Below are positions 25,068 through 37,054 of a stretch of 64,000 bases of DNA, in pieces. Every line of letters starts with the position of its first letter. Within the stretch, counting starts at the first letter, position 1. The translations under genes were made by a program, and so were the position numbers. The DNA is taken from the NCBI GenBank assembly GCA_043228905.1, contig JBHGNT010000018.1, forward strand, positions 16,802,001 through 16,866,000. The letters are read 5' to 3'. This DNA comes from Azolla caroliniana (taxonomy: Eukaryota > Plantae > Polypodiophyta). Below the pieces are notes generated by a model. It was not told the DNA's origin and searched no databases. It was given only the letters and a program-made list of their open reading frames with translations.

Positions 25068-26201
25068 ATATTGTCTGTGCAAAATCTTTCACCATCTTCT
25101 CAAGTTGTTTGAACATAAATGATTCATCATCGTATGTTGATCTAACCATACAAAATCTGGCTATTATGGCAACGATCAATAATATGTATTCCTTCGTTGG
25201 CAATATGTGTATCATCTTAGCCACATCACCACAATAGACATTATAGTATAAATACCAGGTGATATCCTTTTTGTGGCCAAATTTCTTAAAAGTGCCACCA
25301 TCTTCTACACCATATGCCTTCACTAAACAATAGTCCTTTGCTTTCCGCACTTTTTCAAGATGTGCAAGAAATGATACAGGAAAATCAAGAATATCTTTAA
25401 TTTCTCTCAGCTTCTTACTATCACAATCTTGGTATATCATTATTGAACAAAATTTCTTTGCTCTTTGACTATGGCTTCCTCATGTTAGGTAGATTCTAAA
25501 GGCGATCCTCAATTATTCAAATGAATTTTCTTGACCGTACGCTTATCCTGATTTTCAGTTGACCTTCTAAGCGCAAGATCGAAAAATAATAATAGAGAAA
25601 CTCAATTATACGAACCAATAAGTAATTTCTAACAACTTATATGTTTAAAGACAGATTAAGTCTAGAAAAGGGCTCTAAAGGCCAAAAAGAGACAGGTAGA
25701 TACAAACTATTGCAAAAATTAATGAATTTTCTTAAATAATATGAGAAACAAACACTAAATTGTGGAGTAAAGACACTCCCATCAAGCAATTTTTTTAATG
25801 GAAATCATGGAAAAGAATAGAAATTCATTACAAAAATAGAGATTATTTGTGAAAATATACAATTTATTTAGCAACTCAATAATTTAAATAGTAAAACAAA
25901 GACTTCGATACAATGTATCGAGTTCATGTTAAAAACTCAATATTTTACATCAACTCGATACATTGTGGTTAGACCCCTTTTTTTACATCAATATTGTGGC
26001 TAGACGCCCTTTTCATCCACTTTCTACCTTCGGCTATGGCACATTATGACACCACGAAATTTTTCATTACTAGTTGTCCTCTAGACAGAAGATGTAACCT
26101 CACAATGTCATCTTCAATTGTAAGATTTGATAGCATGACCAACAAAGTATATGTGACAATAAAAATTAGCAAATGACTCAATGCAAATCCTTGTATACAA
26201 C

Positions 26202-28008
26202 TGTTATGTACACATAACGTTGGTGAGGGTAGGTCACTAATATTTACATTAGTGAAGGGTATGTTCACTATTATTAAAAAGGGGACTAATGATTGGATAG
26301 AATGAATGATATGTGCATGCACTATCATGATTTAGACAACCAATGAATAGAGAGCCTTTTAGAAAGGCACATCTATTCAAGGGGCCTAGGAAAAGGTATA
26401 AATATGAGGCTTAGCTACCCTCATAGGAATCACGTCGGAAGGCTGCTGTTGTAGACACCGGTGGTGCGGGCTAGGCTTTCGTCTCGACGATCGTGTTTAT
26501 CTCTCCCAAGGTATTAGTCATCCTAATATCCGGCGGTATGGGACGTCGGTGGTAGGTTGGCTATGTCTAGATCATAGCTCGGGGGTGGTCGGGTGGAACG
26601 GGTTCTTCTATCCAATCTATTTTCTTCCTTTTTACTTGATTTGGTCTATTGATTAGTAATAGACTCTTAACAATGGTATCAGAGCTTTTACTAACAATTT
26701 TTTTTTTGTTGTTTTGATGTTTTTTGCGTGTGAGCGAGGAAGATCTAACAAGGCTCGTCATGCTCTTCTCAGGATCAAAACAACACTCTAAACCCGGTAT
26801 TCTTCTTTTTTGATCTCTTCTCTTTTTCTATTATGCGTTCTTTATGGTCGAATCAAATTGGTATTACGTTTTATTCTCTTTCTTTCTACCTCCTACTACG
26901 CTACGATTTTACTTATTATTATGCATCGGGCCGAGCGTGTTTGCACTAATCGCACACACTCAACTCATGGCCTTTTGCATATTGCGATATATATCCCACT
27001 CTCTCCTCTCTTGAACTCTTACGATAATAATTATTCTTGTGCATTGGGTCGAGCGTGTTTGCTCTAATCGCACACGCTTATCTCATGGCCGTTTTACATA
27101 TGATGTTGAGTATACCACTCTTCCCCTCTATTGAGCCATCACTTGGCCGATTCTAAGGGATGATGTGGCCTTGACGAGGTGTATGTTGCCTACCTATGCC
27201 ACTCTACTCTCTATTAAGCCATCAATTGGCCGATTCTATGGGATGTTGTGGCCTTGACAAGGTATATGTAGCTTACATATGCCACTTTCCTTTTTAATTA
27301 GCCATCAATTGGCCGATTCTAAGGGATGATGTGGCCTTGACGAGGTATATGTCACTTACCTATGCCACTTTCCTCTTTAATTAGCCATTACTTGGCCGAT
27401 TCTAGGGATATGTGGTGGTCTTGAGGAGGTGCATGTCAACTACCCTAGGGTTTCGTATCTTAGGGCATGTTTGATTCCATACACCTAATTTCCTCACTTT
27501 ATATTGCAAGAGTGCAATCTTTTGAAGTAGGGGAGTATGTTATGTACACATAACGTTGGTGAGGGTAGGTCACTAATATTTACATTAGTGAAGGGTATGT
27601 TCACTATTATTAAAAAGGGGACTAATGATTGGATAGAATGAATGATATGTGCATGCACTATCATGATTTAGACAACCAATGAATAGAGAGCCTTTTAGAA
27701 AGGCACATCTATTCAAGGGGCCTAGGAAAAGGTATAAATATGAGGCTTAGCTACCCTCATAGGAATCACGTCGGAAGGCTGCTGTCGTAGACACCGGTGG
27801 TGCGGGCTAGGCTTTCGTCTCGACGATCGTGTTTATCTCTTCCAAGGTATTAGTCATCCTAATATCCGGCGGTATGGGACGTCGGTGGTAGGTTGGCTAT
27901 GTCTAGATCATAGCTCGGGGGTGGTCGGGTGGAACGGGTTCTTCTATCCAATCTATTTTCTTCCTTTTTACTTGATTTGGTCTATTGATTAGTAATAGAC
28001 TCTTAACA
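26202..28008 (+). mobile_element. Young non-coding LTR mini-element (TRIM/SMART-like): LTRs 26202-26672 and 27538-28008 (471 bp), iMet PBS 26674-26685, PPT ~27524-27537, TSD ACAAC
   Basis: TGTT..AACA LTRs differ at ~2 positions by eye. PBS TGGTATCAGAGC, PPT GAAGTAGGGGAG. The 865-bp internal region shows no recognisable coding similarity. Confidence 0.95.
27112..27445 (+). repeat. Four 83-bp tandem units in the internal domain of the mini-element
   Basis: AGCCATCA(A/C)TTGGCCGATTCTA.GGGATG.TGTGGCCTTGAC recurs at ~27133, 27216, 27299, 27382. Confidence 0.9.
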
Positions 28009-28023
28009 ACAACCCATGCCAAT

Positions 28024-29228
28024 TGTTGAGCGGATAGACTCAACCGGATCTGGATCGGTTGAATAAGCCAAAGCCGGATTGGTATCCAGAACCAAAAGCC
28101 AGATTGGAGAGACGAATCGGATTGTCACCGGTAGGCCGTTAGGGGGTCTACGAATCTAGCCTAGTACGTAGGCGTATGAGCATTGAAGTACTTGTCAGTA
28201 CTACTAAGGACTTGTATAAAATTGTTATGTAGGACATTGTAGATATACAAAGGGCTATTATTTTGAATTGAGTTTATGCTATTCTACTCTCTCTATATCT
28301 CCCGTGAACTTTGTATTCTAAGCTTCCATTAAACCTGTGTTTATTCTCTGTTGCTATCCGGTGTAACTGGTTTTGTCAAAGATTCCACATATTAACTTTT
28401 TCATGATATCAGAGCACGAGGTTTGAGAAGCTCTACAACCGACACAGGATTTCCAAAGACAAACCTTAACACCCTGTAGAGAACCGAAAACAAAGGTAAG
28501 AATGGACAAAGGGATGGCTAACTCTCTCCCGACGAAGAAGCTCGATAGATCCAACTACGCATCTTGGTCATACAAGATGCACCAATACCTGCTCGGGCAT
28601 AGCTACTGGAAGAAAAACCTTAACACCTGGTAGAGAACCAAAAACAAAGGTAAGAATGGATAGAGGGATGGCTAGCTCTCTCCTGACGAAGAAGCTCGAT
28701 AGATCCAACTACGCATCTTGGTCGTACAAGATGCACCAGTACCTGCTCGGGCATAACTACTGGAGTTATGTCGATGAAGCTAACGACAACACCTGATGTG
28801 ACACATAGGGACTTCCCGGCTTGGGAACAAGCGGCAAGTAGGGCTATCTATTACTTTGCTTCCAGTGTCGGCGATTAGATGTTGAACCATATTTGGGATG
28901 CCAAGATGCCGAAGGAAGCTTGGGGAAACCGGAAGAAGATTTTCACCGCAAGCACCATGGCCTGGAAGCTATAACTCCAACAGAAGTTGAGCAATGTCCA
29001 ACAGAAGGATATGTCGGTGGTCGATTATACGGCTCTAATCAAAGACATCTATGACTCCGTTTCCTCTATAAACGTAACCGTTGAGAAAGATGAAATGGTG
29101 CAGGTTTATCTTGGGGGCCTAGCGTCGAAGTTCGGAGCATTCCGGATAACAGTTTGTACAAGGGAGAGTATGCCATCGTTTTTCGACTTACAGTCGATGC
29201 TCCTTGTACAAGAGAACCACGCAGGTGC
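28024..29228 (+). mobile_element. Truncated Ty1/copia family B: LTR 28024-28403, PBS 28404-28415, degenerate gag
   Basis: LTR TGTTGAG..TTTTCA, PBS TGATATCAGAGC. gag KLDRSNYASWSYKMHQYLLGH..FFDLQSMLLVQENH. 154-bp duplication of the gag start. Confidence 0.88.
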
Positions 29229-32200
29229 TATGCGAAATAGAGCTTGGCCACAACCGAGCCTTACACTTGATGAAAGAACAAAACAAAAGTGGAGGTTTGT
29301 ACACTTACACCAAAGAGACAACACAAGATGTTTACGTGGAAAACCCTAATAGGACAAAACCACGGGAGCCCACAGACTTCGACTATGACTACAAGAGGAG
29401 GGGGGTACAATATGAGACTCAGAGTCAACGACCTCGAACTCTGTATCTTCACCAACTGGCGGTGTCATCAGAAACTAGGTCAATTACTCTCGGTCACGCT
29501 CTCTCTCTATCTCTATACAAAAATGATACAACTAACAACAACATCATCCTAAAAGTGATTGCCCTAAGTCATATTTATACTTATATGACTTTAAGACTAT
29601 TTACAAATATAGCCTTTACAGGCACACCAGAAACATATTTGCAGATATGTCCCTAGATCTGGTTCATCCGGATCCCATATGGAGGGACTGAATTCTCAAC
29701 AAACTCCCCCTTCATTCCGGCATGGGATTTCTTGTCAGTCCGATTGGTCTCCTGCACGTGTCTAGTTTGTCGGCTGACAGCACCTTGGTCAACATATCTG
29801 ACCCATTCTCCTCCGTGTGGATCTTCATCAGTGCGAAGTCTTGATCTTCTACCTTCTCCTAAAGCCAGTGATATCTTCTCTAGATGTGCTTGGTCCGGGA
29901 ATGGTAGGCCGCATTCTTAGCAAGGTGGATGGCACTTTGGTTATCCCAGTAGAGATGGTATTCCTCCTATCGGATCCCTAGCTCTCCGATGAAGTCCCTC
30001 ATCCAGACTTCCACAGTTGCCATGTACTCTGCTTCCATTGTTGACAATGCAACGGACTTCTGCAGCCTCGACTACCACGATAGGCTCCCCTTGCATATGT
30101 CATGATGTATTCGGATGTGGACCAGCTGGTATCCGAATCCGTAAAGCCTTCCGGTTGGGGTTTACTTGAGCCGAACCGTAGGCACATACTCGAGGTACCT
30201 TTCAAATCCCGGAGTATCCACTAGACCGTGTTCCAGTGTTCTCTTCCTGGATTGCTCATGAACTGACTGATCACTCTGATTGCGTATTCGATATCTGGTT
30301 GGGTGCACACCATCGCGTACATCAAGATTCCGATGACAGAGGCATATGGTATCTTCATCATATCCGACTTCTCTGCCTTTGTCTTCGGGCTCTACTTTGC
30401 GGACAACTTGCAGTTTGCCGGAAGTGTCGACCTGACCGGTTTCGCATTGACAGGAACACAGGCTCCCGATGAACAACGCTCGGCCACAACCAAGCTTAGA
30501 ATCAAACACAAAAAGATGGGAATGAATGCACGACACAATGGAGAAAACAGTACACAAGATGTTTACGTGGAAAACCCCAAACACGGGGAAAAACCACGAC
30601 AGTCCACTGACTGCTAACTATCACTATGTAACAATATACAATAGATGAACACAGAGGCAACGACCTCTTGTTCACTGTCCTCGCCACAGCCGGCAATTAC
30701 AACAGAGATACAAACTCTTCGTCTCTTTCTCTCTCTCTCTCTCTCTCTGTGTACACTGTTACGCTCTAATCTAGCGCGAACAAGAATGACAACAACTATA
30801 TGTTCTGACTTTTCGGCTATTAACAAATATAGCCCCGATGGACTCTCAAACATATTTACAAATATGTCCCTTCATCCGGTGAGCACTTCTCACCGGGCCT
30901 TCACCATCCGGCTCTTGCCGGGTACTCCTCATCCGGTTCTCACCGGGTCTTCCGTAGCTGGGTACTCCTCATCCGGCGCTTGCCGGGTACACCCCATCTG
31001 GAGGGACTTGTTTCCTAACAAACTCCCCTTTCACTCCGGCATGGGATGTCTTACTAGTCTGATCCGCTTCCGGCATGCATCCAGCTTGTCGGGTATTAGT
31101 ACTTTGGTCAGCATATCTGACCCGTTCTCGGCCGTGTGAATCTTCGTCAGCGCGAACTCCTAGTCATCTACTCTTTCCCGGATCCAGTGATACCTTCGCT
31201 GGATATGCTTCGTCCGGGAATGGTAGGCCGCATTCTTAGCAAGGTGGATGGCACTTTGACTGTCAAAATAGAGCCGGTATTCATCTTGCCGGATACCGAG
31301 ATCTTCGATGAAGTCCTTCATCCATAATATTTCCTTGCCGGCTTCCACAACTGCCATGTACTCCGCCTCCGTGGTTAACAACGCAACCGTCTTCTGCAGC
31401 CTCGACTACCACGAAACAACTCCCCTGCATATATCATTACATACCCGGATGTAGACCGGCTCGTATCCACATCAGCCGACATGTCTGAATCGATAAAACC
31501 GTCAAGTTGAGGTTTACCTGAGCCGAATCAGAGATACATGTTCGAAGTGCCCTTCAAGTACCGGAGTATCCATTTGACCGCGTTCCAGTGCTCCTTGCCG
31601 GGATTGCTCATAAACCGGCTCACCACTCCGACTGCGTATCCTATATCTGGTCGGGTACACACCATTGCGTACATTAAGCTCCCGATAGCAGAGGCATATG
31701 GAACCTTCATCATATCAGCCTTCTCTGCTTTCGTCTTCGAGCTTTGCTTACCGGATAATCTGCAGTTTGCCAGGAGTGTCGATCCGACCGGTTTCGCTTC
31801 TAACATGTTGAACCGCTGAAGCACCTTTGTCACGTACTTCTCCTGTGACAGCCACAATTGCTTCGTTGGCCGGTTCCGGATGATATGCATCCCCAGTATC
31901 TGTCTTGCCGGACCCAAGTCTTTCATTGCGAAAGTTCGGTTGAGAGCCTTCTTCAGCATCCGTATTCTGGCTTGGTCCCGTCTGACGATCAACATGTCAT
32001 CCACGTACAGAAGGAGTATCAGGAAGTCACCTCCTTCGAACTTCTTCACAAACACGCAATGATCGGCCTGCATCTTGTGGTACCCTTGATCGGTCATGAA
32101 GGAGTCGAACTTCCATTACCATTGTTGGGGACCCTGCTTCAGTCCGTACAGGCTCTTCTTCAACCGGCAAACCAGGTGCTCCTTCCCTTTCTCCACGAAT

Positions 32201-35200
32201 CCTTCCGGTTGCTACATGTAGATCTCCTCTTCGAGGTCACCGTGAAGGAATGTAGTCTTCACGTCCAGCTGCTCTACCTCGAGGTCCATGCTTGCCGCTA
32301 TACTCAGCACCGTCCGGATGGAGGTAATCTTTAATACCGGGGCAAATATGTCATCCAAGTCCACGCCCTTCTTCTACTGGAACCCCTTCACCACAATCCT
32401 GGCTTTGTATCTCGGGGGCTTGCCAGCATCTCCCGGTTTCAACTTGTACACCCACTTGTTTCGGAGTGCCCTCTTTCCGTTTGGCAACTCCACCAATTCA
32501 TACGTATGGTTCTCATGCAGGGAATCCATCTCATCCTGCATGGCACTTAACCATTTGCGGCCATGGGCGTCACTTTTAGCTTCCTCGAAGCTTTCTGGCT
32601 CCCCCTAATCGGTCAGCAGCACATGCTCTGCATCCGGAAATCTCCGGGGGGCCCTTCTCTCTTTGAGAGGATATCTCCGTCTTTGGGCTTCGGTAACCGG
32701 CTCCTCCATTTGCTCTTCATCCGAATCCGATTCGGGGTCTTGGCCGGTTCCGGTTTTAGCTTCCTCTACTTCTTCTTCTGCCGGTTCAGTATCCTCACCG
32801 TAACCGGCTGCTTCCTCGAGTGCTAACCGGTCTCTTGCCGGTTGGGTCTGCTCATCGTAGAATTGATCCTTACCAGTCGACTCGGAGTTCATTATCTTCT
32901 TTCCGACTCCCAGTCGGCGAGCGTCTTGTCCTCCATGAAGATAATATCTTGACTCCGGAATACCTTCTTGTCGACCAGGTCCCACACTCGGTAGGCGAAC
33001 TCATCGTCGTCGTAATCGAGGAATATGCACGGCCGGGTCTTTGGATCCAATTTTCCTCTCTGGTCCTTAGCAACATGCACGTACGCAAGACACCCGAATA
33101 CCTTCAGATGCCGGTAGGACACTTCCTTATCGGTCCAAACTATCTGTAGCGTGTCTCCATCCAAGGGTACTGAGGGTGATCTGTTTATCACATATGTCGC
33201 CGTCGACAGTGCCTCAACCCAAAACTTCTTGGGTAGTTTTGCATGCGCCAGCATACTCCGAACCCTCTCCATTATGGTCTGGTTCATCCTCTCGGCTAGC
33301 CCGTTTAGTTCCGGCATCTTTGGCACGGTAAATTCGAGCCGGATTCCCTTCGAGCGACAATAATCCTCAAACTGCCCCCAATATTCACCTCCGTTATCTG
33401 CTCGAACCGCCTTCAACTTCCGGTCAGTTTCTCTTTCCACTCTCGCATGGAGCTCTTTGAAGACGGATAGCACTTGATCCTTCGTCTTCAACGGTGTGGC
33501 CCACAACTTCCGGCTGTGGTCATCTATGAACATCACGAAGTACTGCGATCTTGCATGTGACTTCGTGTCCACTTGACACACATCAGTATGCAACAACTCA
33601 AGTGGTGCATTACGTCTCATCGGTGACCTTGGTCAGAAGGAGGTCCGGTTTTGCTTACCGGCCAGACAATCAGTGCACTTCTCCAAGTGCACGTTCTTCA
33701 CTGGAATGAGGTTGTCGTCTACAAGCCTGTTCATCCCCTTCTCGCTCATGTGACAACCTCTTGTGCCACAGCTCACGAGCAGTGTCGGATGCCACGTTCA
33801 CTTCCTCCGGACATAACCGGGCATTCATCAGGTACAACGAGTTTACCTTCCGGGCCTGAGTCACAATCAGGCTCCCTTTGCTGAACTTCATAACACCGTT
33901 CTGGATGCTATCCCTGTAGCCTTCATCATCTAGCCGACCGGCTGATATCAGGTTCACACGAACTCCCGGAATGTGTTGGACATCCTTAAGCAGTAGCTTG
34001 CATCCGGTTGGTTTTGTCCACCACACGTCTCCTATGCCGACAATTCGGCATGTACCTTCATTCCCCATCCGGACACAGCCGTGATCACCAGTTGAGTAGG
34101 ATGAGAAGCATTTCCGGTCCGGAGTAAGGTGGAACGACGCTCCGGAGTCGACCACCCAGGTCATCTCGTCGCCGGCAAGGTTTATCTCACTCTCCTTGGT
34201 GATGAGCATCAACTCTTCTTCACTTGTCACGATTGCCGTCGTTCCCTTCCAGTCCGGCCCCCTCCGGTCTTTACCGTTCCAGTCCGGTGTCTGCTTCGAA
34301 TCGGTACGTCAGTTTCCTTGTCTTTTCAAAAATGCCGACAGTTCTTATGGAAGTGTCCCGGATTGCCGCAATAGAAGCATGTAGGCCTCCCCCTTGACTT
34401 TGACCGTGTCCCCGACTTCTCCCGGTTCTGGGGACTACGATTCCTTTGTCTTTTGTGTTCCGATTCGGTATGGAGCGCTTTAGAGTCGGATCTCGTATCC
34501 TTATCTTTCTGACGCGCCTCCTCATCTAGCAAGCTCGACTTCACTCTTGCTAGGGATAACCGTTTCCCTTCTGGCCCAGTGTTGCCCAAAGTGACAACCA
34601 ACGTCTCCCAACTATCTGGGAGGGAACTGAGCAGGAGTAGCGCTAGTAACTCATCGGCGAGAGGTACTTCCAATGATGTTTCCTGGTGGATCAGCCCCTG
34701 GAAGGCATTCATGTGCTCCGCCATGCTGGAGCCATCTTGGTACCAGAGTCTTACTAGCTTCCGGAATACCGAAACCTGATTAACAACATTTTTGTTTTGA
34801 AACATAATGCTGATGTTCTCCCAGAGCTCATGAGCCTTGCTCTCTTCATTGAAGTTGTATAGGCTCATGTCAATGAAGCACCGTATGTACGCCGTTGTCT
34901 TCATGTGCATCACCTCCCATATCGCGGCGTCGATCTTGTCTGGTCTCTTGTCCCCGAACTGAACCGGCAACCAAAGATCTTTAACCACGAGCATGTCCCT
35001 CATCTTCGACTTCCACACCAAATAGTTGGAGCCGGTGAGCTTGAACATGCCTCCCTACGATTCATCCATTTTCTGTGTCGTTTCACTCTGATACCACTTT
35101 GACAGGAACACAAGCTCCCGATGAACAACACTCGGCCACAACCAAGCTTAGAATCAAACACAGAAAGACAGAAAGACGGGAATGAATGCACGACACAATG

Positions 35201-37054
35201 GAGAAAAGAGTACACAAGATGTTTACGTGGAAAACCCGAAACACGGGGGAAAACCACTGCAGTCCATTGACTGCTAACTATCACTATGTAACAATATACA
35301 ATAGATGAACGCAGAGGCAATGTCCTCTTGTTCACTGTCTTCGCCACAGGCGGCGGTTACAACAGAGATACGAACTCTTTGTCTCTTTGTCTCTCTCTCT
35401 CTCTCTGTACACTGTTACGCTCTAATCTAGCGCGAACAAGAATGACAACAACTATATGTTCTCTGTTTGCCCTAAGTCATATTTATACTAATATGACTTT
35501 TCGGCTATTTACAAATATAGCCCCAATGGACTCTCAGAAACATATTTACAAATATGTCCCTCCATCCGGTGACCACTTCTCACCAGGCCTTCACCATCCG
35601 GCTCTTGCCGGGTACTCCTCATCCGGCGCTTGCCGGGTACACCCCACCCGGAGGGACTTGTTTCCTAACACGCATTTGTCATGTTGAACCTTTGGAGCAC
35701 CTTTGTCACGTACTTTTCTTGTGACAGCCATAGCAATTTCTTCGACTGGTCCCTAATGATGTGCATCCCTAGTATCTGTCTTGCCTGACCCAAATCTTTC
35801 ATTGAGAAGGTCCGGTTCAAGGCCTTCTTGAGATTTCTGATTTTGGTTCGGTCAGGTTCGACGATCAACATGTCATCCACATATAGCAGGAGTATCTGGA
35901 ATTCTCCTCCGTCAAAATTCTTCACGAATATGCAGTGGTGAGCTTGCGTCTTGTGGTACCCTTGGTTGGTCATGAAGGAGTTGAAATTCCGGTACCATTG
36001 CAGGGGTGCTTGCTTCAGTCCATATAGGCTCTTCTTCAACCAGCATACCAGGTGCTCCTTCCCTTTCTTGATGAATCCTTCCAGTTGCTGCATGTAGATC
36101 TCCTCCTTGAGGTCCCCGTGGAAGAATGTCGTGTTAACATTGAGTTGTTCAACGTTGAGGTCCATGCTTGCCACTATACTCAACACAGTCCTTATGGATG
36201 TCATCTTTACTACCGGGGCAAAGTTCTCGTCGAAATCCAGTCCATTCTTTTGTTGAAAACCCTACACCATGATCTGGGCCTTGTACCTCGGTGGATTTCC
36301 GGCGTCTCCTGGTTTCAGCTTGTACACCCACTTGTTCCAGAGTGCCCTCTTTCCTTTCGTATGTGTGGTTCTCATGCATGGAATCCATCTCGTTCTGCAT
36401 GGCACTCAACCACTTGCGGATGTGGGTGTCTATCTTTCCTTCTTCGAAGCTTTCCGGCTCCCCCTCATCGGTCAACAATACGTGCTTTGCATCTGGAAAT
36501 CTCCTAGGGGCTTTTCTCTCTTTGAGAGGGTATCTCCGTCCTTGGTCATCCACTACCGGTTCCTCCGTTTGTTCTTCATCCGAATCTGATTTGAGGTCTT
36601 CACCGGTTTCTGTGTCCCGATCTTCTTCTTCTTCGATTGGTTTGGTCTCTTATCCGACTCCGGCCGGTTCTTCGAGTGTCGTCCGACTTCCGGCCGAATG
36701 AGTCCTTGTGTCTTTCGACTGATCTCTATCGGTCAATCCGGAGTCTGCTATCTTCTTCTCCAACTCCTAGTTGGCAATAGTCTTGTGTTCCATGAAGACT
36801 ATGTCTCAACTTCGAAACACCTTCTTGTCGACCAAGTCCCACACTCGATAGCCGAACTCATCATTGATGTATCCAAGGAATATGCATGACCGGGTCTTTG
36901 GATCCAATTTCTCTCTCTTGTCCTTTGCTACATGCATGTAGGCGAGACAACCAAACACCTTCAAATACCAGTAAGATACATCTTTACCGGTCCATACTCT
37001 CTGTGGTGTGTCTCCGTTTAAGGGTGCTGAGGATGATCTGTTTATCACGTACGT
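29229..37054 (-). mobile_element. Older Ty1/copia family A copy (3' LTR 29229-29701, PPT 29702-29714, RH/RT 29711-30447 and RT/INT 35671-37054), host of nested insertions
   Basis: RT is continuous across the insertion at 30448-35670 (TSD CGCAT). LYVDD in ORF 35665-36204; integrase tail in ORF 36806-37141. Confidence 0.88.
30448..35670 (-). mobile_element. Full-length Ty1/copia family A: 5' LTR 35100-35670, PBS 35085-35096, PPT 31021-31033, 3' LTR 30448-31020, TSD CGCAT
   Basis: LTR pair TGTTAGG..TGTCA, PBS TGGTATCAGAGT. gag 34326-35048 with CFYCGNPGHFHKNC, PR VDSGASFH, INT 32892-33620, RT 31528-32097, RH 31160-31381. Several stops and frameshifts. Confidence 0.96.

Noticed and set aside
25900-26040. 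Palindrome TCGATACAATGTATCGA and short repeats suggesting a DNA-transposon end
   Set aside because: No partner end or TSD could be identified.
26202-26672. Cassandra TRIM (5S rRNA in LTR)
   Set aside because: No 5S A/IE/C-box sequence recognisable in the LTR.
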